A stretch of 64,000 nucleotides of DNA from Antedon mediterranea (GCF_964355755.1 NC_092674.1:16182001-16246000), one strand, 5' to 3'; shown: positions 12,463 through 26,852, counted from the stretch's first letter. Notes: generated by a model not told the origin, from the sequence alone. Program-made: numbers and translations.

Positions 12463-14046
12463 GCTGTCTGAAAAATAATTTACAAATCGGGTACAAAAAA
12501 AAATCTGTTTTCTCTTACCATAATCTAATTTTATGCAATGTACTGTAGGGTATTCAATGTGGATTTAGGCTTTGCATGATGCTGAAATCATTTAATCCTA
12601 TTCCACTAAATGAGTGATTACACTATGATTAATAACTTTATAAAAGTTTTTTTTACCTCTTCCAATGAGCATTTCTGTTTAAGAAGAAAAAGTAAAGTTT
12701 TAAAAAAGTCTGTCAACGAAGGTGAACACAAACTTGCTGTGTACTGGAGTTAGAACGATCGAAATATACTGATTGAACATCAAGAAACTCAATAATTCGT
12801 CTCAGAACTACATACTATAGGTGGTGACGTACCACAAACTTTATATCAACTCAAATGTTTAAAACGTACAGAAATTTAATTACCAGTAAATTTTTACTGT
12901 ATACAATTTAGTTAAATTGACACGCTCAGTGAGTCAAATAACACCTTTGTTTTACAAGCCCTGCATATTAATATCTCACTAGTGACCGATTTAAATGATT
13001 TAAGTCAATTGTTTTAAATGCCTCTCTATTTAAAACATGTGTGTACAAAAGAATACATATTGTACTATCCCCCTACTGATAAGAAAACAAAATGAACATA
13101 GGGGAAACTATACAGTGACAAATATTGGAATGTATGATGAATAGAAATGCTAATTGCCTCAGAACCTGAAATCAATGTAACAGTTAATAATATGGTAACA
13201 TCAGATTGAAGTGCTAACAACTGAAAAGTCTCTGCTGAGGGTTAATGACCAAATGTATTTTTAAAAACGATGTATAAAACACATACAGTAGTGTAGGAAT
13301 CAAATTTGCATACAAAAATTTAGTGATAGTTATATTTACAAAGAAAGAATCTATTAAATAGTAAGAAAGAAAGTAAATTGCCACGTTAAATTGAACAAAT
13401 ATCTGCATATCTGTTGAATATGTATAACATGGTAAAAATGACTGCAAACTTACATATCAAAACTGACTGATTTTAAAAAGCTGTTGATATTGCAGGTCCG
13501 AAGCTATTGTGTAGACAACTGTGTATGAACAACTGATTAGGCCTATCAAAGGAAGTTGTCTTCTACAGTATTACATTTGAATATAATAGATATTTGACCT
13601 GAAGGTTTCTAATTATTTCCTTAAAGACTTATAAGGTACATCCCAAGTGGAAAATATTGATGACATGTCACTTAATACTAAAAATTCACTTGAATTATAT
13701 AGACTTGTTATATCGTCATAGTTAATTATAGAAAGCAACTGGCAGTAACAATAACATACTAATTTATTTGTTCAACAACAAACTATTCCACGTTTTTATG
13801 TGGAATGTTAGAGGACACTGTATTGAAGTTATAATTTTACAGCCCATAGCTTTATTAATTTAACATTTCACACTTTTAAGAATCAATTTAAAAAATCAAT
13901 ATTAATGAATATATCGTTACCTGGCATGTTCATTCCTCCACTGTTACCTTTCCTTTATCTCAGCATAAATATATAATATAAAAATTTAATATATAACTCT
14001 GACAGAGTGTTCTAGATGGCATATAATAAATACGGTAAATGCCGAT

Positions 14047-14367
14047 TCAAAATAAGCGGGCCTTCGAGTTGTTAATGAAGGCTTGTCTGACCATATCGAG
14101 AACTTGTTTGAATAACATGTTCGTATTTCTACCATGCTTCGAGAATTTGTCATCTTGGAAGAATAGCTTTTTTGTCATCCGATCATTATCGGATCTAATC
14201 AGATGTGCAGCATAATTTCGTTGCTTGGTTTTGATGAATGTAGATAAATCACATGTCTTACATATATTGTGAATGTCGATGTTGGTGTAATACAGTTTAT
14301 AACATTCATCATCTAAAGTGTTTTTTTGCCGATAACCATTAAGCTCTTTGTTGTTTATGCCATTCAT
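14047..14367 (-). mobile_element. Probable 3' fragment of a non-LTR retrotransposon ORF
   Basis: KQRNYAAHLIRSDNDRMTKKLFF resembles the C-terminal 'GHxxR' region of RTE-like reverse transcriptases. Confidence 0.45.
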
Positions 14368-14489
14368 AATGATTCTTTTCCTTCTCTACTCTTCGTTGAG
14401 TTATTACCTGTGACTTTTTATCCATCCATCCATTTTTCTATTCCTTCTAATTTTATCTAACAATTTTTTTTTCACATGCTTTGTGAGGC

Positions 14490-17000
14490 TGATGAATAAT
14501 GTGCAAATTAGAAATGGCAAATCTAGGTGCTCGTAGCAGCCGACGCGCCCAGCACGAAAGCACTGAGGCGCGAAATTCAAAGAACATCAGACGTTGGCCA
14601 ACAATCACCGGAGTCGCCCCCTGTGCTTGGAGCAGCCGACGCTACCAGCACGAAAGCACTGAGTCGCGAAATTTAACAAATATCGAGAGAATTGTTTTGT
14701 ATATGTAACCAGCTGGACCCGTCCTAACAAATCAGAATGCTTGAAAGGATAGACAAAATTGAAAACAAACAAACTCAACTAGAAACATCAATTGAATTTG
14801 TTAGCAGTATGATATCAGAAATGGACATCAAAATGAAAAATGTCACTACAGAGCTTAAAGGCCTATCATCTACTGTTGAACCTGAAAAATCAAAGTGCTT
14901 ATCGGTACAAAATCAACTGAACAAGCTTGAACGCTATTCAAGGTCTTTTAATTTGCGGTTCGGTGGCTTACCGGAAGAAATCAATGAAAATGCTGTCCAG
15001 AAAATCACAGACCTGATTGAAAATAAGTTATGCATTCCTAATGTTAAAATAGAAAATGCGCACCGGTCCGGTAAGCCACGAGGACCTAACGACAAGCCCA
15101 GGCATATCATCGCCAAGTTCATCTATCGTCCCCAGCGACATCAAGTTCTCTCCAAGTCAAAGTCATCACTAAAAAGCAGTAACATATATGTCATCGAGGA
15201 TCTCTGTGAAGCGGACCTAATTAAAAAACGAAGCCTGAAAGACACAATGGCCATAGCTTATATAGGGGAAAAGGCCATCCTTCAGAAATGGCAACTTGTA
15301 CATAAACGGAAGTTTCCACTCTTAGGCAGCGCAGTCAAGTCAAACCTAACGTTATTGTTTTATAACTATAAACATCACTTATTTAGTAGCTTTTTCTCCA
15401 CATAATAATTTAAAAGATATTTTCTTTTTATCACATTCAGTTAAACGTAGACGAGAGTAGAATCTGATACCATCGTTATTGACTACTATTAGGTACCTGT
15501 TTTTTGTTAAAAAAACTTTTCTCTTGCAGATTAATTAAAAATGCAACACTTTTTAAAAATTTACTCCATTAGAAGTTTGGAATATTTTAATTTACATATT
15601 AAAGGCATATTACCATTTTTTTCTATTTTCCTCATTTATTTTTTATTATATATACATATGTATTTATTACTTGTTGTGTATGGCAATATACTTTTATAAA
15701 TATATTATGTCCCCTGAGACAAAACAAACATATTTTCTAAGAACAATTGCTTATTAAAGATGATTTGTATTGTATGTAGAAACGCCCTCATGAGTGGCAA
15801 TATTAATCTAAACAGATGACTCGCACTTCTCCACTTATATGAAAGAATAACTAAATCACTTGCAAACAAGCACCATACTATTGGTATTTTTTTAGATTTG
15901 TCAAAAGCATTTGACACCATAAATCATAACAAAATTATTTCTAAATTATCGAATTATGGTGTCAGGAGCCTTCCACTACTACTTTTAATAGACTACTTAT
16001 CATTTCGCCAACAATATACATCAATCTCAACTCTTACATGTTACCTGTGGGGTACCACAAGGGTCAATCCTTGGCTCACTACTCTTTTTAATCTACGTTA
16101 ATGATCTTTCAAATATGTTTCAAAATTTTTTCTTATTTGCAGGTGACACAAATGTTATTATTTCTCACAAAAACAAATATAATCTTGTATCTATAATTAA
16201 TAATGAACTTAACAAAGTGTCTCTTTGGTTTAAAGCAAATAAGTTATCACTGAATATTTCAAAAAACTAAATTATATTTATTTTATTATTAATAAAAAAA
16301 GTAACAAACAGCTAACAGATCAATTATATATCAATGGTAACCAAATAAAGAGAACGGAAAACTTAAAATTTCTTGGAGTCACTATTGACTCGGAACTAAA
16401 TTGGAAACCTCACATAACATATTTAACTAAAATAATCTCGAGAAATGTCGGAATATTAAGTAAATTGAAATACATACTCCCTTTAAACATCTTATTTTCC
16501 CTGTATAATACTCTTATTTTACCCTATTTATCATACTGTAATGTTGCATGGGCTACAACTGTAGATACATTTTCCGGATGCTGCCCCTGGACTGGTTCTG
16601 ATAACAGAATCTGTTCGGGAGTACTCCAAAATCTCACACTAAATCACTTTTTTATTCTCTCAATACTTTAAATATATTTGATATAAATCAACTTCAAACA
16701 GCTTTATTCATGTTCCGACTAAATCATAATAAATTACTAACTCAATTTTACTCCTATTTTCAAAATTTTAATCATTCTTACAACACCAGATCTTTAACTG
16801 CACAAAACCTAATATATGAAAAGCATACCATATTACTAATAGAAGAACATCTTTTATTTACAATGGACTGTATATGGAACAACTTACCCCTCAATCTAAA
16901 AGCAATACCCATCATAAATTCATTTAAAACAAAATACAAACAAATACTTATTTCAATTAACTATTTAGAACATTAGTAATTCACAACTGTCATAAGACTG
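14490..17000 (+). mobile_element. Decayed LINE (CR1/L2-group-like) with ORF1 and a frameshifted RT; endonuclease region missing
   Basis: ORF 14737-15405 has a coiled coil plus NLRFGGLPE...AHRSG...PRHIIAKF...YVIEDL (LINE ORF1 type). RT motifs FLDLSKAFDTINH (~15890), GVPQGSILG (~16050) and LFAGDT (~16135) lie in broken frames. Confidence 0.85.
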
Positions 17001-17179
17001 TTTCTTTTTTTGTGCCTTTTTGTTTAATTTTATTTGTCAATTTGACGAAAGAAAGAAGTGTTTTTTTTCTCTCACTTAAATTAAATAATTAAATATGTAT
17101 TTACTTATCTGGAGGACCAAACTTGAAGCCTTGGCTCATGAAATATCTTTCAACTCATTTGTATATTATTTTGTTTTAG

Positions 17180-17330
17180 ATAACCAACTCATTTGGAATC
17201 TCTATGGAATTAGGGTGCTTCTTGGCTGGTGCAATACTCAGTACTCAAGGACACTCATTGGTAGATGAGATACAGCATATCACAGAACCTCTTAAAGACT
17301 TCTTTTCAGCATTGTTTTTTACATCTATTG
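17180..17330 (+). CDS. TMCO3: TMCO3-like cation/H+ antiporter, internal exon (151 bp)
   Basis: ag|...|gt boundaries. Translates ITNSFGISMELGCFLAGAILSTQGHSLVDEIQHITEPLKDFFSALFFTSIG, with CPA2/KefC-type motifs. Confidence 0.9.
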
Positions 17331-17489
17331 GTTAGTCAAACAACTTAGTCTTTTTCAATCATATAGCTGAAATTTAGTGTGAATGAATAAACAATATTGA
17401 TATAATCTGCACCTTGTGATTTCATATTGAAATTAGATTAAATGTAATGAATGACTATATTTTTAAAAGCATAATTGTAATCATTTCAG

Positions 17490-17569
17490 GGTTGCACATT
17501 TTCCCAACATTTGTTTTATATGAATTCAGTATCCTGCTTAGTCTAACCTTCGTTGTGGTTATAACAAAG
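17490..17569 (+). CDS. TMCO3: TMCO3-like exon (80 bp)
   Basis: Phase-compatible with the previous exon. Translates (G)LHIFPTFVLYEFSILLSLTFVVVITK. Confidence 0.9.
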
Positions 17570-17590
17570 GTATGATAACAAATGTGATTC

Positions 17591-18081
17591 AAGTCGGCCC
17601 TAAACCATCTCTGCCCCATAAGTCAACTTGGCCCATGTCAACTTGCCTGCTTTTTGCCTAAATTATTTCCAATTATTCACTTATTTTTATTAAATAGTAA
17701 ATCATCTTTAGAACACATAAATCCAAGAACATCCCCTTGTTTTACAGCAATTTTTCCAAATTGTGATGGTCAATCATCGTTGCAAAAAATAAAACATCTG
17801 AAACCTCTGTAGTGACAATAGACTTCTAAATTGGCCGATTATTGTTGAAAGATTTTTTTTGTTTTAATCTGAAACCTGGTAGTAGACTTATTTTTGAACA
17901 GCTATCCTATGTAAAAAATGTAAATGTATAAAGTATTAGCATTCTTTGTTTAACATATCATATTTATGGCCAAGTTGACTAATAAGTTTCTGGGTGAGTT
18001 CATCTGGGGGCCGAGTTGACCTGAGGCCAATTTGTTGCAAGACGGAGTTGACTTGAGGCCAAGATGGTTTAGGGCCGACTT
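17591..18081. mobile_element. MITE-like element in a TMCO3 intron
   Basis: Inverted ends aagtcggccctaaaccatct / agatggtttagggccgactt, with subterminal gtcaacttggcc repeats. Confidence 0.7.
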
Positions 18082-18806
18082 AAACTTCTTCAGCAATTTC
18101 CATTATAACAATAACTGTATGAAGAAAACAAGAACACTCACTGTAGGCATTACAATTTACTTTATTCTTACTGTATTTTAAATTTTATCTTGAACAAAAT
18201 ACTACCACTTAAATTAGGTAATCCACAATCCAGTTGAACATCTATTGTGATTGACAGGTTTTTAGACAGTGTTGAAATTTGCAATTATAAAAACGTTAAT
18301 TTGATTAAAGAGTATACATACAATAATTATTAGTAACAATTGCTTAGAATAATTTACCATGTATTTAACAATGATAGATATTAGATAAGTCTCAGTCTAT
18401 TTCTTTTTAAATGCTGGTGTCGAATGGCAGTATGAACTAGTTTTAAGAATTATAGTGAATAATTTTAAAGAAACTATCTCTGCAATTACACATATAAACA
18501 TTTAACCGGGTCATTCCTTGTCTTAAATGTATATTCAACAGTATGATAAAATGAGAAAAACAATATACTACCTAAGTAATTTGTGAATCAACATATTTTT
18601 TCACATTTTTTAACTGTTTAAAGACGAAAACAATTATTGCAATAGGCCCATAGTATTTATATTTACATAAAATGCAGTTTGTGTCCTTCAATTAGATGTA
18701 GATTTAGTGTCTTTAAGCTAAACTGGAGTGTAATTCTGATTATGATTTTTGAGCTATTGTATTAAAGACATCTTTTAAAACAGTTTAGGCCTATTTTTTT
18801 TTCTAG

Positions 18807-18956
18807 TGCATGACTGCTGCATTTGTATTGGGATTTCTCCTTCCAACTACAGATTCTAACATTAAGTGGATTGTAGCATCAGGCCTTGCGCAAGTCAGTG
18901 AATTTTCTTTTGTCTTGGGTAGCAGAGCTAGACGCTTAGGAATCCTGTCCAGAGAG
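18807..18956 (+). CDS. TMCO3: TMCO3-like exon (150 bp)
   Basis: Translates [50 protein letters not shown]. The [12 protein letters not shown] motif is present and splice sites are canonical. Confidence 0.92.
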
Positions 18957-18978
18957 GTTAGTTATGCAAGCCAATTAA

Positions 18979-19212
18979 AGATGTATTGTCCCCCAAAAAC
19001 ATGAAAAATGAAGATTAATTAAATTAAACTTTGAAAAGGTTATTTTGTAGTTTTAATCAAGTTAATTTTGCATTAAATTACAGTTTTTTCAGGTAAATAA
19101 TTTTTTTCCAATCTAATTTTTGGTCAAAGTGGATAACTATTATGTGACATTAAAATGGCCTATTCAACAAAAACATTTTCAATAATTATTTTTTCAGGGG
19201 GACAATACATCT
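18979..19212. mobile_element. TTAA-inserting MITE (Kolobok-like)
   Basis: TTAA|agatgtattgtccccc...gggggacaatacatct|TTAA, a perfect TIR. Confidence 0.9.
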
Positions 19213-19367
19213 TTAATAGAAGGGTTTTAAAAAACAGAGAGCTTATAGTTCTTCACATTTAAAATGCTCATATTCATACAAGCTTATATTTAATTTTAGG
19301 AGTAGCACTCCTTCTCTTTCGCTTTTAATTTCCCACGAATACAATGGTACAATGTTTTTTTTCCTAG

Positions 19368-19481
19368 GTATACTTGCTGATACTTGGAATAACTACATTG
19401 AGTCTGTTGTTGGCACCAGTATTGTGGCACTTTTCAACTTACAGGTTTAAACGTTTACCTCGGTCGGTCAATGTACATTAA
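19368..19481 (+). CDS. TMCO3: TMCO3-like terminal coding exon
   Basis: Translates VYLLILGITTLSLLLAPVLWHFSTYRFKRLPRSVNVH*. Acceptor ttcctag, with AATAAA shortly after the stop. Confidence 0.9.
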   Translation, partial: VYLLILGITTLSLLLAPVLWHFSTYRFKRLPRSVNVH

Positions 19482-19888
19482 TACTAATAGCTTGAAATAA
19501 AATTATGTGTGAAGCCTTACAATTTTAGTATGGATTTCACCAAATCTGAACATTTTTCATGTCATTGTGATGAAACAAGAAATAATCTATTATTAAAGCC
19601 TTCATGATTTTCTGGTTCACACTGTTGTGAACCATAGAGTTAGTATATTATATTACTATAATATCTGTATGTGTGAATGACTGATGATGAATGTGCACCT
19701 GGAAAGGACAGTTTGAAATTGCACAAGGATTTTCTTGCGCAATTTGAAATATGTATTTTGAAATTTCAAATTGCTCTAGTATTTTCTGTATTTGATTCTA
19801 AAGCATGATAACCTTACTTATATCCTAAATTTATAAATAATACAAGTAATATGAATCAAGAAATTCACTTGAATTCTTCGCTTTTAAT

Positions 19889-21079
19889 TAGTTATCCGCA
19901 CTTTGGCGGATATAGTTATCCGCACCTTGGCGGATAACTCATTGTGATTGTATTAAATCATCATCAACTTTTTTTTTCTATATTATTCTTCTTTTTTTCC
20001 ACCCTATTTTTGTGCGTCGCGTTTCTCTAAAACGTGTAAACATAACATTTCTTAACTTTGTTTTTACGTGAAGTTGTGCACCTCCTATTTTTTGAAAAAT
20101 GTCAGAGTTGCGCAACGAGCGCGCGATTTTATGAATTTAAATGATTGATCATAGATTAAAATTTAAACATTTAAAAGAGCGCGCATCTCGATTCTATGTA
20201 TCAGAATTTCTTCAATATTTTAATATGTTGTTGCTAAAACAATTATCTTCCGTAACTGTTCTTCATGTTTAATTTTGATGACGTTTTCATATTTGAATTT
20301 GGATACAAGGTGGGTTAAACGGTATGTAGATATATACAATATTATAAGGCACACAATAGACAGAATTTAGCACCCAACATTATTATCAGGTCATAAGTGC
20401 TGTAATCTTTTTCTAGCGTACGTGCATGTGGCGATGTAGGAATAGAAGGATTATGCATCAGTTTGAGATCAAAGCTTCCACCATGCCCACAATGTTACAA
20501 AATAAACACGCAGTTTAATTAAACCTTGTTGGCTATGCTTTCCCGTGCTCTTATCGTGGTGGCATGATTCATATTTTATATTTTTAGCGCTAGCTGCTAT
20601 GGCAACAAACAAACCTTTATGCGAGGAATTTAATATAACTTTTCTGAATTCAAATTAAACAATCTCCGATATTACAAGATTATTAATAAATGTAATTACA
20701 AGATTAAATACAAATTGTTTGTAAATTGTGTTTAAAAAATTATTTTGCCATGTTCGTAATCTGCCGCGATTGATCTACGCTAATGTTTTTATGACCTTAA
20801 AGTAGCATTTTATGACCTGAAGTAGCCCTACATCTGAAACAACTACTTGTTGTCTCAGCCTACATGTAGAATTACAAAATCAGCAAGGATACTATGCCCA
20901 TGCCTTCTAGGCTTACTAGTAAACCCTATGATTTTCCGACATTGATATAGGTCTAGGTAGGCCTATTTAGTAGCTACAATGTGTAATCATATCGTTGTCT
21001 ACTTGTGGGAATAATAATACAGTAATAGACAAGGTACTTTTATGCTTCGTTTGTTCAAAGTGACGAGTTCAAATCTAGT
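19889..21079 (+). mobile_element. Helentron-like family-B-related element, opposite orientation, internally deleted
   Basis: The 5' palindrome agttatccgcaccttggcggataact is doubled. The interior is reverse-complementary to parts of 4200-5600. The 3' end is caaagtgacgagttcaaatCTAGt. Confidence 0.7.
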
Positions 21080-21328
21080 TTGTTATATTGTTATTTTAAT
21101 TGGACGACATTTGGACTTCTACATAATTATTGTTTTTAGGTTAGTAGTATCTGTATTATATTTATCATTTTTGTTTTTCAATTACTGTACCTCAAAATCT
21201 GTACATCAAATTGTCGCAATAAAATTATATCTTATGGCCAGAAACTATCCAATAATTATTTCATTGTTTGATGGTATAGTATAGTATAGTCACCAACATT
21301 TAATTTTAATATATTCAATGTCCAGTCA

Positions 21329-22228
21329 GTGATTTTTTTTTTCGTACATAAGTTGGGGACCCCTCATGAAACGTCACAAAATAAACATGAATAATTCATT
21401 AGTTAAATTTTTTGTTCCGTGTGTACCCAATCGTATAGCAACAAATGATTACAACTGCGATACGATTCTTTCTAGGCCTAGGATTCTAGGTCAATTCATG
21501 TGATTGCCTTCGCGCACTCTTCTTCACACACACACTAACCTATGCAAAATGTGTCGAGGCTAATCGACAGCTAGGCAAGACATTCAACTAAGTAGTAATT
21601 AGACATAGCCCATAGAAAGCTTAGACCCACAAGAAGAATGTGTATAATTTGTGTACTGTAATTTTTTAATTCTGCTATTTTATTATCAAACAATATGCAT
21701 GTACTCAAATGAACTTTAAAAATGCGCGTTACATTATGAACACATGAGATGGAAAGATTAGAACCACGAGAATAAAAAATGTATTTTTGTGTAATGTAAT
21801 TGTTTAATTTTGCTGACTTATTACTCGGACTGTGTCATACCTAACTACACACACGTCACACCCACACAGACTAATAGAATAGACATGGGCTTTAGAGACT
21901 AATAATTAGGCCTAATAGTATTAATAGAAACTATAATTTTAACACGTAATTCTTTAGTAATACATTATATTAAAAACACTATCATAAACTAAAGGCTGAT
22001 TATTTCGACAATCCACACAAAACGCCGCTATTCTTTTATGAAATCGCACGCCGCAATCACAGCGGAGATAGGCCTAGAATCGTATCGCAGTTGTGTCGTG
22101 TAATCACTTCTTGTTGCTATACGCTTGGGTGCACACGGAACAAGAAAATTTAACTGATGAATTATTCATGTTTATTTTGTGACGTTTCATTAAGGGGTCC
22201 CCAACTTATGTACGGAAAAAAAAATCGC
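21329..22228. mobile_element. MULE/Mutator-like MITE
   Basis: TIRs of ~130 bp (g[t/c]gattttttttt-cgtacataagttggggacccc...), G...C termini, and a 9-bp TSD gtccagtca at 21320-21328 and 22229-22237. Confidence 0.88.
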
Positions 22229-22889
22229 GTCCAGTCATCATAAATTGACAAATTAAATGCCCAAGAATATTTTAACATAATAACTTTTGTTCAAACAGTC
22301 TAGGAAAATGTAAATTAATGTTTTTATGCATGAATTACAATTTTACTATATCTGCAGTAATTTTTTAATTAAATAGCATTTTACAGTTCGTAGGTCTATA
22401 GATACTCTTATTTGTTTTCCCAGAATGATGACTTATGATTAATACAATTTTACATGATCTTATTTTATTTTAATTTAATTATTAAAGAACTGTTATTGTT
22501 GTTAATTTGGATAAATAAATGAAACGAAATGTGTATGTTTTTGTTTTTAATCATTTAATACATGCCATTCAACCAAACAAAAGAGTAATAAATAAATAAA
22601 AAAGCAACTACCTGTACATATTCATTTTCTTCAACCAAATTAAGCCTTTAAAGCCATTTTCTGACCACTGGTCAAGGAATTGGCCATATGAATATCCCAT
22701 CAACCACTGATCAGAAAGTGATAATTGTGGTCTCAAATTACTCGCAAAGTATATGTTTATATTTGTTCTAATGTAATAAAAATTATAAAACTGTCAATAA
22801 ACCCCTAATTTTGACCTTTGACATATAGCCGGCACAAGTATTTTTGGCTTGGAGCACACTTTTCATATCTCAGAAATTGTTGGGCGGAT

Positions 22890-23200
22890 ATGGTCATAGT
22901 TGGTGTCAAAATATCTGATACACTTTAATGGACAAGTTTTGCCGAAAATGACCATGAAACTTAGCCATATCAATATCTCAGCAACCACTAGTCAGAAAGT
23001 TATAATGTTAGTCTCAAATTACTTGCAAAACATATATTTATATTTGCTCTAATACAACAGAAATACACAAAATGTTAAAAAACACCTTATTTTGACATTA
23101 ACCTATAGCTGGTACAATCATTTTTGTGTGAAGCACACTTACATTTTAATAACTAGCAAATGTTGTCTTTGCTTAATATCAAAATACACTCATGTTAATA
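22890..23200. repeat. Segment present in inverted orientation at ~25690-26015 (DNA-transposon subterminal-like sequence)
   Basis: tggtcatagttggtgtcaaaa...gcttaatatcaaaat is the reverse complement of 25700-26015. Confidence 0.75.
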
Positions 23201-23266
23201 TCACTCTAATGAACAAGTGCCAAAAGACATATCATGGAAATATTTAGCAACCAGGTCACAAAGTGA

Positions 23267-23505
23267 GTGAGTAGCCGAGTGGTTAAGACAGTGGGACCGT
23301 AATTACGTAGCCATAACATCGGCAGGGGTTCGAGGCTCACTCACTCCATGGTTCTTTAAAGAACCTGTACATGTTTCGAGACGAGTAGGGGGTTACCCCG
23401 GTGTATTAGTACATCACAGCCACTGATCACCAACTGGGCCCTCTGGGAGACCAGTCTTTGACTGAAGAGGTTACCCAGTATAAATATATATTTCAATCAA
23501 TCTAT
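23267..23505 (+). mobile_element. tRNA-derived SINE
   Basis: A-box tagccgagtgg, B-box ggttcgaggc, (tcaa)n tail, and an 8-bp TSD caaagtga at 23259-23266 and 23506-23513. Confidence 0.85.
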
Positions 23506-24769
23506 CAAAGTGATAGTTTTGGTCTCAAAATACTAGGAAGGAATATGTTTTAAAAAAAATAACAAGTTATGAAAAAGTAGAGCCTTTCTTTTCAGGTATC
23601 ACATAAATTGAAACGTGTTGCCCACGATACACCATACGGTAGGCTACTCCAGGCCCGTAAACTAGTTTTTATAGAAGGGTTCGAATTTGAAAGCCTTTCT
23701 TAGACCTACCAATTACGATTAATGTGTATGTGTCTATTAATTTCAAATACACCGGCTCTCTTGATGATGGTTTCCAGTGGAAGAGGTGGCGATTAGGAGG
23801 GAGTTCTCAACCTCAGCCCCCCATCGTGTTCGAATTGAGTAAGGATATTTTGATAATATGGACCTATAGTTGACCAGAAATTAAGTTATGTAAAAATCGT
23901 ATCAAAGTTCCAGCTTGGAGTCAATTGTATAAAACCTTAAAAAGATATTTGAATCTGAAATATACACATTGGTCGCGCCAATTTCAATGGTAGGGGCGGT
24001 TAAGGGTAGGGGTCTTCTGCACCACCTCAGTCCCATCATGGTTGGGGCTGAGGTAAGAAATGGAAACATGAACCTTTTAGTTGGTACAATCGTATCAAAC
24101 TTCTCAATTCTCTAACAATAATGCTGTTGTTTGTACTGTACTGTCTACTTTTAATTTATGGATAGGGAAAGTCACGCCGTCTCCACACACATAGATTTCC
24201 CAAATCATTATGCTATAATACCAAATTTAAACTCTTGCAATATTTCACTATACCCACTTTCTTTCTTGCTTGTGTGTAAAATTATGAAAATCTAAAGATA
24301 AATCAAATAAAACCGTTACTACAGTAGTATGACTATGTTATTATAATCCTAAAGGACATTATTGTTATTATTATTTGTCATCCTCCTTTTTGTTGGATTT
24401 ACAAATAATTTAAGAAGCAAATAAATGAATGAACCATCATACATCAGTGCGCATGTGATTTTAATTAAAACTAGTATCCTAAAGAAAGGATTGTGAATAA
24501 AGATTACTATGCAACTAGGCTAATTTACATATTATTTTTTTTTAATTATTTATTTTTATTTTTTAAATTTTATTCGGTATATTAAAAATACAGCCAATTA
24601 AAAAACGACAGTCAAGGACTGAAATGAATTGCATTATAAATATATAAAAATTAGTTAAAATTGCTATAAAAATAGAAACATCCTATTAAAATTAAATATC
24701 ATACCATGAATTAAGAAAACATACAAAACATTCACTTATTAAATATCAACATGGAACTAAATGACTTAA

Positions 24770-25116
24770 ATATGTATTGTCCCCCTGAAAAAATAATTCT
24801 TAAAAAAATGTTTGTTGAATATTCCATTTTATTGTAACATAATAGTTATCCACTTTGACCAAAAATTAGATCGAAAAAGAATGTATTTACCTGAAAAAAT
24901 TTAAATTTAAAGCAGAAAATGGTCAAATTGGCTGCCAGCCAATGGATTTTTGGTTGAATTTAACCATTTATTTTTTCATTTTATAAGTGAAAACATTATT
25001 TTTTTTATTTATTTTTTCTATGGAAGTGATTAACTTTATTAAAACTACAAAATAACATATTCAAAGTCCGATTTAATTAATCTTCATTTTTCATGTTTTT
25101 GGGGGACAATACATCT
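24770..25116. mobile_element. Longer copy of the TTAA MITE at 18979-19212, inverted
   Basis: TTAA|atatgtattgtccccc...gggggacaatacatct|TTAA. Confidence 0.88.
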
Positions 25117-26004
25117 TTAACAAAAAAAAAGCTAATTTGTATTAAAAAGATTCAATATAACTAAGTTTGTTGCATCAAACAGCTTATTGGAATGGAAGAA
25201 ACATTGGAACATCTGAACAAAACAAACCTAAGTTCTTTAGAATTTAAATTATTAATTTTTAGTTTTAATTAAAATCACATATGAATGAGGTTTAAGGTTT
25301 ACTGTGCAATGTCATAACAAACATGGTAAGCTTCATAATTAGTATTAGTTATAAATTATTATAAGTTAGTGATTTCAACAAAAAGGAGGACGAGTAAATA
25401 AAAAATATCTATAATATAGTCATACTAAGGTGGTTACTTTGATTTGTTTTTATTGTTCAACTATGGTTTAAAAATATGTAACAATATACTGTATAGCATT
25501 TGTCATTCATTTACCAGAGTTTTTTAAAATTGTTAAACAGTCATATAGTTTAGATCTGTAATTATATAACTAAATATTAATAATGATCTTGGTGATGAGA
25601 GATTTATCTGTGATGTTATTCATTAAAATTAATAGAATTACCTACTTAGGACCTCCGATACAAAGTATTCATAGTACCATACTCACACAACAGTCACTGA
25701 TATTTTGATATTAAGCAAGACAATATTCGCTTGTTATTAAAAATGTAAGTGTGCTCCACGCAAAAATGTTTGTACCAGCTATAGGTTAAATGTTAAAATA
25801 AGGTGTTTTTTAACATTTTGTGTATTTCTGTTGTATTAGAGCAAATATAATTATATATATTGCGAGTAATTTGAGACTAAAATTAGTATAACTTTCCGAC
25901 TAGTGGTTGCTGAGATATAGATATGGCCAGTTTCACAGTCATTTTTGGCAAAAGTTGTCCATTAAAGTGAATAGAAATATGTATCTTCTTCTTATTTTGA
26001 CACC

Positions 26005-26341
26005 AACTATGACCATAACTATAAATATAACCATAACTATAACTATGACCATAACTATAACTATGACCATAACTATAACTATGACCATAACTATAACTAT
26101 GACCATAACTATAACTATGACCATAACTATAACTATGACCATAACTATAACTATGACCATAACTATAACTATGACCATAACTATAACTATGACCATAACT
26201 ATAACTATGACCATAACTATAACTATGACCATAACTATAACTATGACCATAACTATAACTATGACCATAACTATAACTATGACCATAACTATAACTATGA
26301 CCATAACTATAACTATGACCATAACTATAACTATGACCATA
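26005..26341. repeat. 18-bp minisatellite (ACTATGACCATAACTATA)n, about 18 copies
   Basis: Directly visible, nearly perfect array. Confidence 0.97.
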
Positions 26342-26852
26342 GTCTGGGCTCCAGACGGAGTTTTTAGTAAAAATATAAATATTTTTGCACATATGGCGTT
26401 TCATACGTGTATTACTTGAGTTTGGATACTCCGTCTGGGGAAACACGCAAAAGTCACGTGGTTTGACACCAAGAATTCTTGGTGCATAGGTTATCCGGTT
26501 GACTAGTTTCAGTTACTGCATGCGATTGGCTACTCACTCGTACACCATTTTAATATTCATATTTCAGAATTTCAAAGACTCAACAACTAAGATGGTACGC
26601 ATGCGCTATGTTACGTTTAGACATTGTGTACTTGGGTACAGGATTTTATATGGATCATTTAATATTACGCGGAGATAATTTGATTTAATTCCCACCCAGA
26701 CCCTGTCCTGTTCTGCGTAGTGGTGTAGCCCTTTGTTGTGTGTGAATCCTGTTGTGTGCCGGTGGTGGTATTATGTAGGCCTACCTTATTGGCGTTTTAT
26801 TTGGCAGGTCATACGTGCGAGTTGAGTAGGACCTACGAAGGAGACCTAGGCC
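26340..26852. mobile_element. Truncated copy of the TAG...CTA element at 26964-27948
   Basis: Starts with the identical tagtctgggctccagacggagtttt and is colinear with 26964-27608. Confidence 0.75.

Noticed and set aside
23455-23500. CTGAAGA in the SINE tail as a second hammerhead core
   Set aside because: There is no stem II followed by GAAA.
25883-26446. ORFs with YGHSYS / MTITIT / MVIVIV repeats
   Set aside because: These are translations of a stop-free 18-bp minisatellite, with no gene context.
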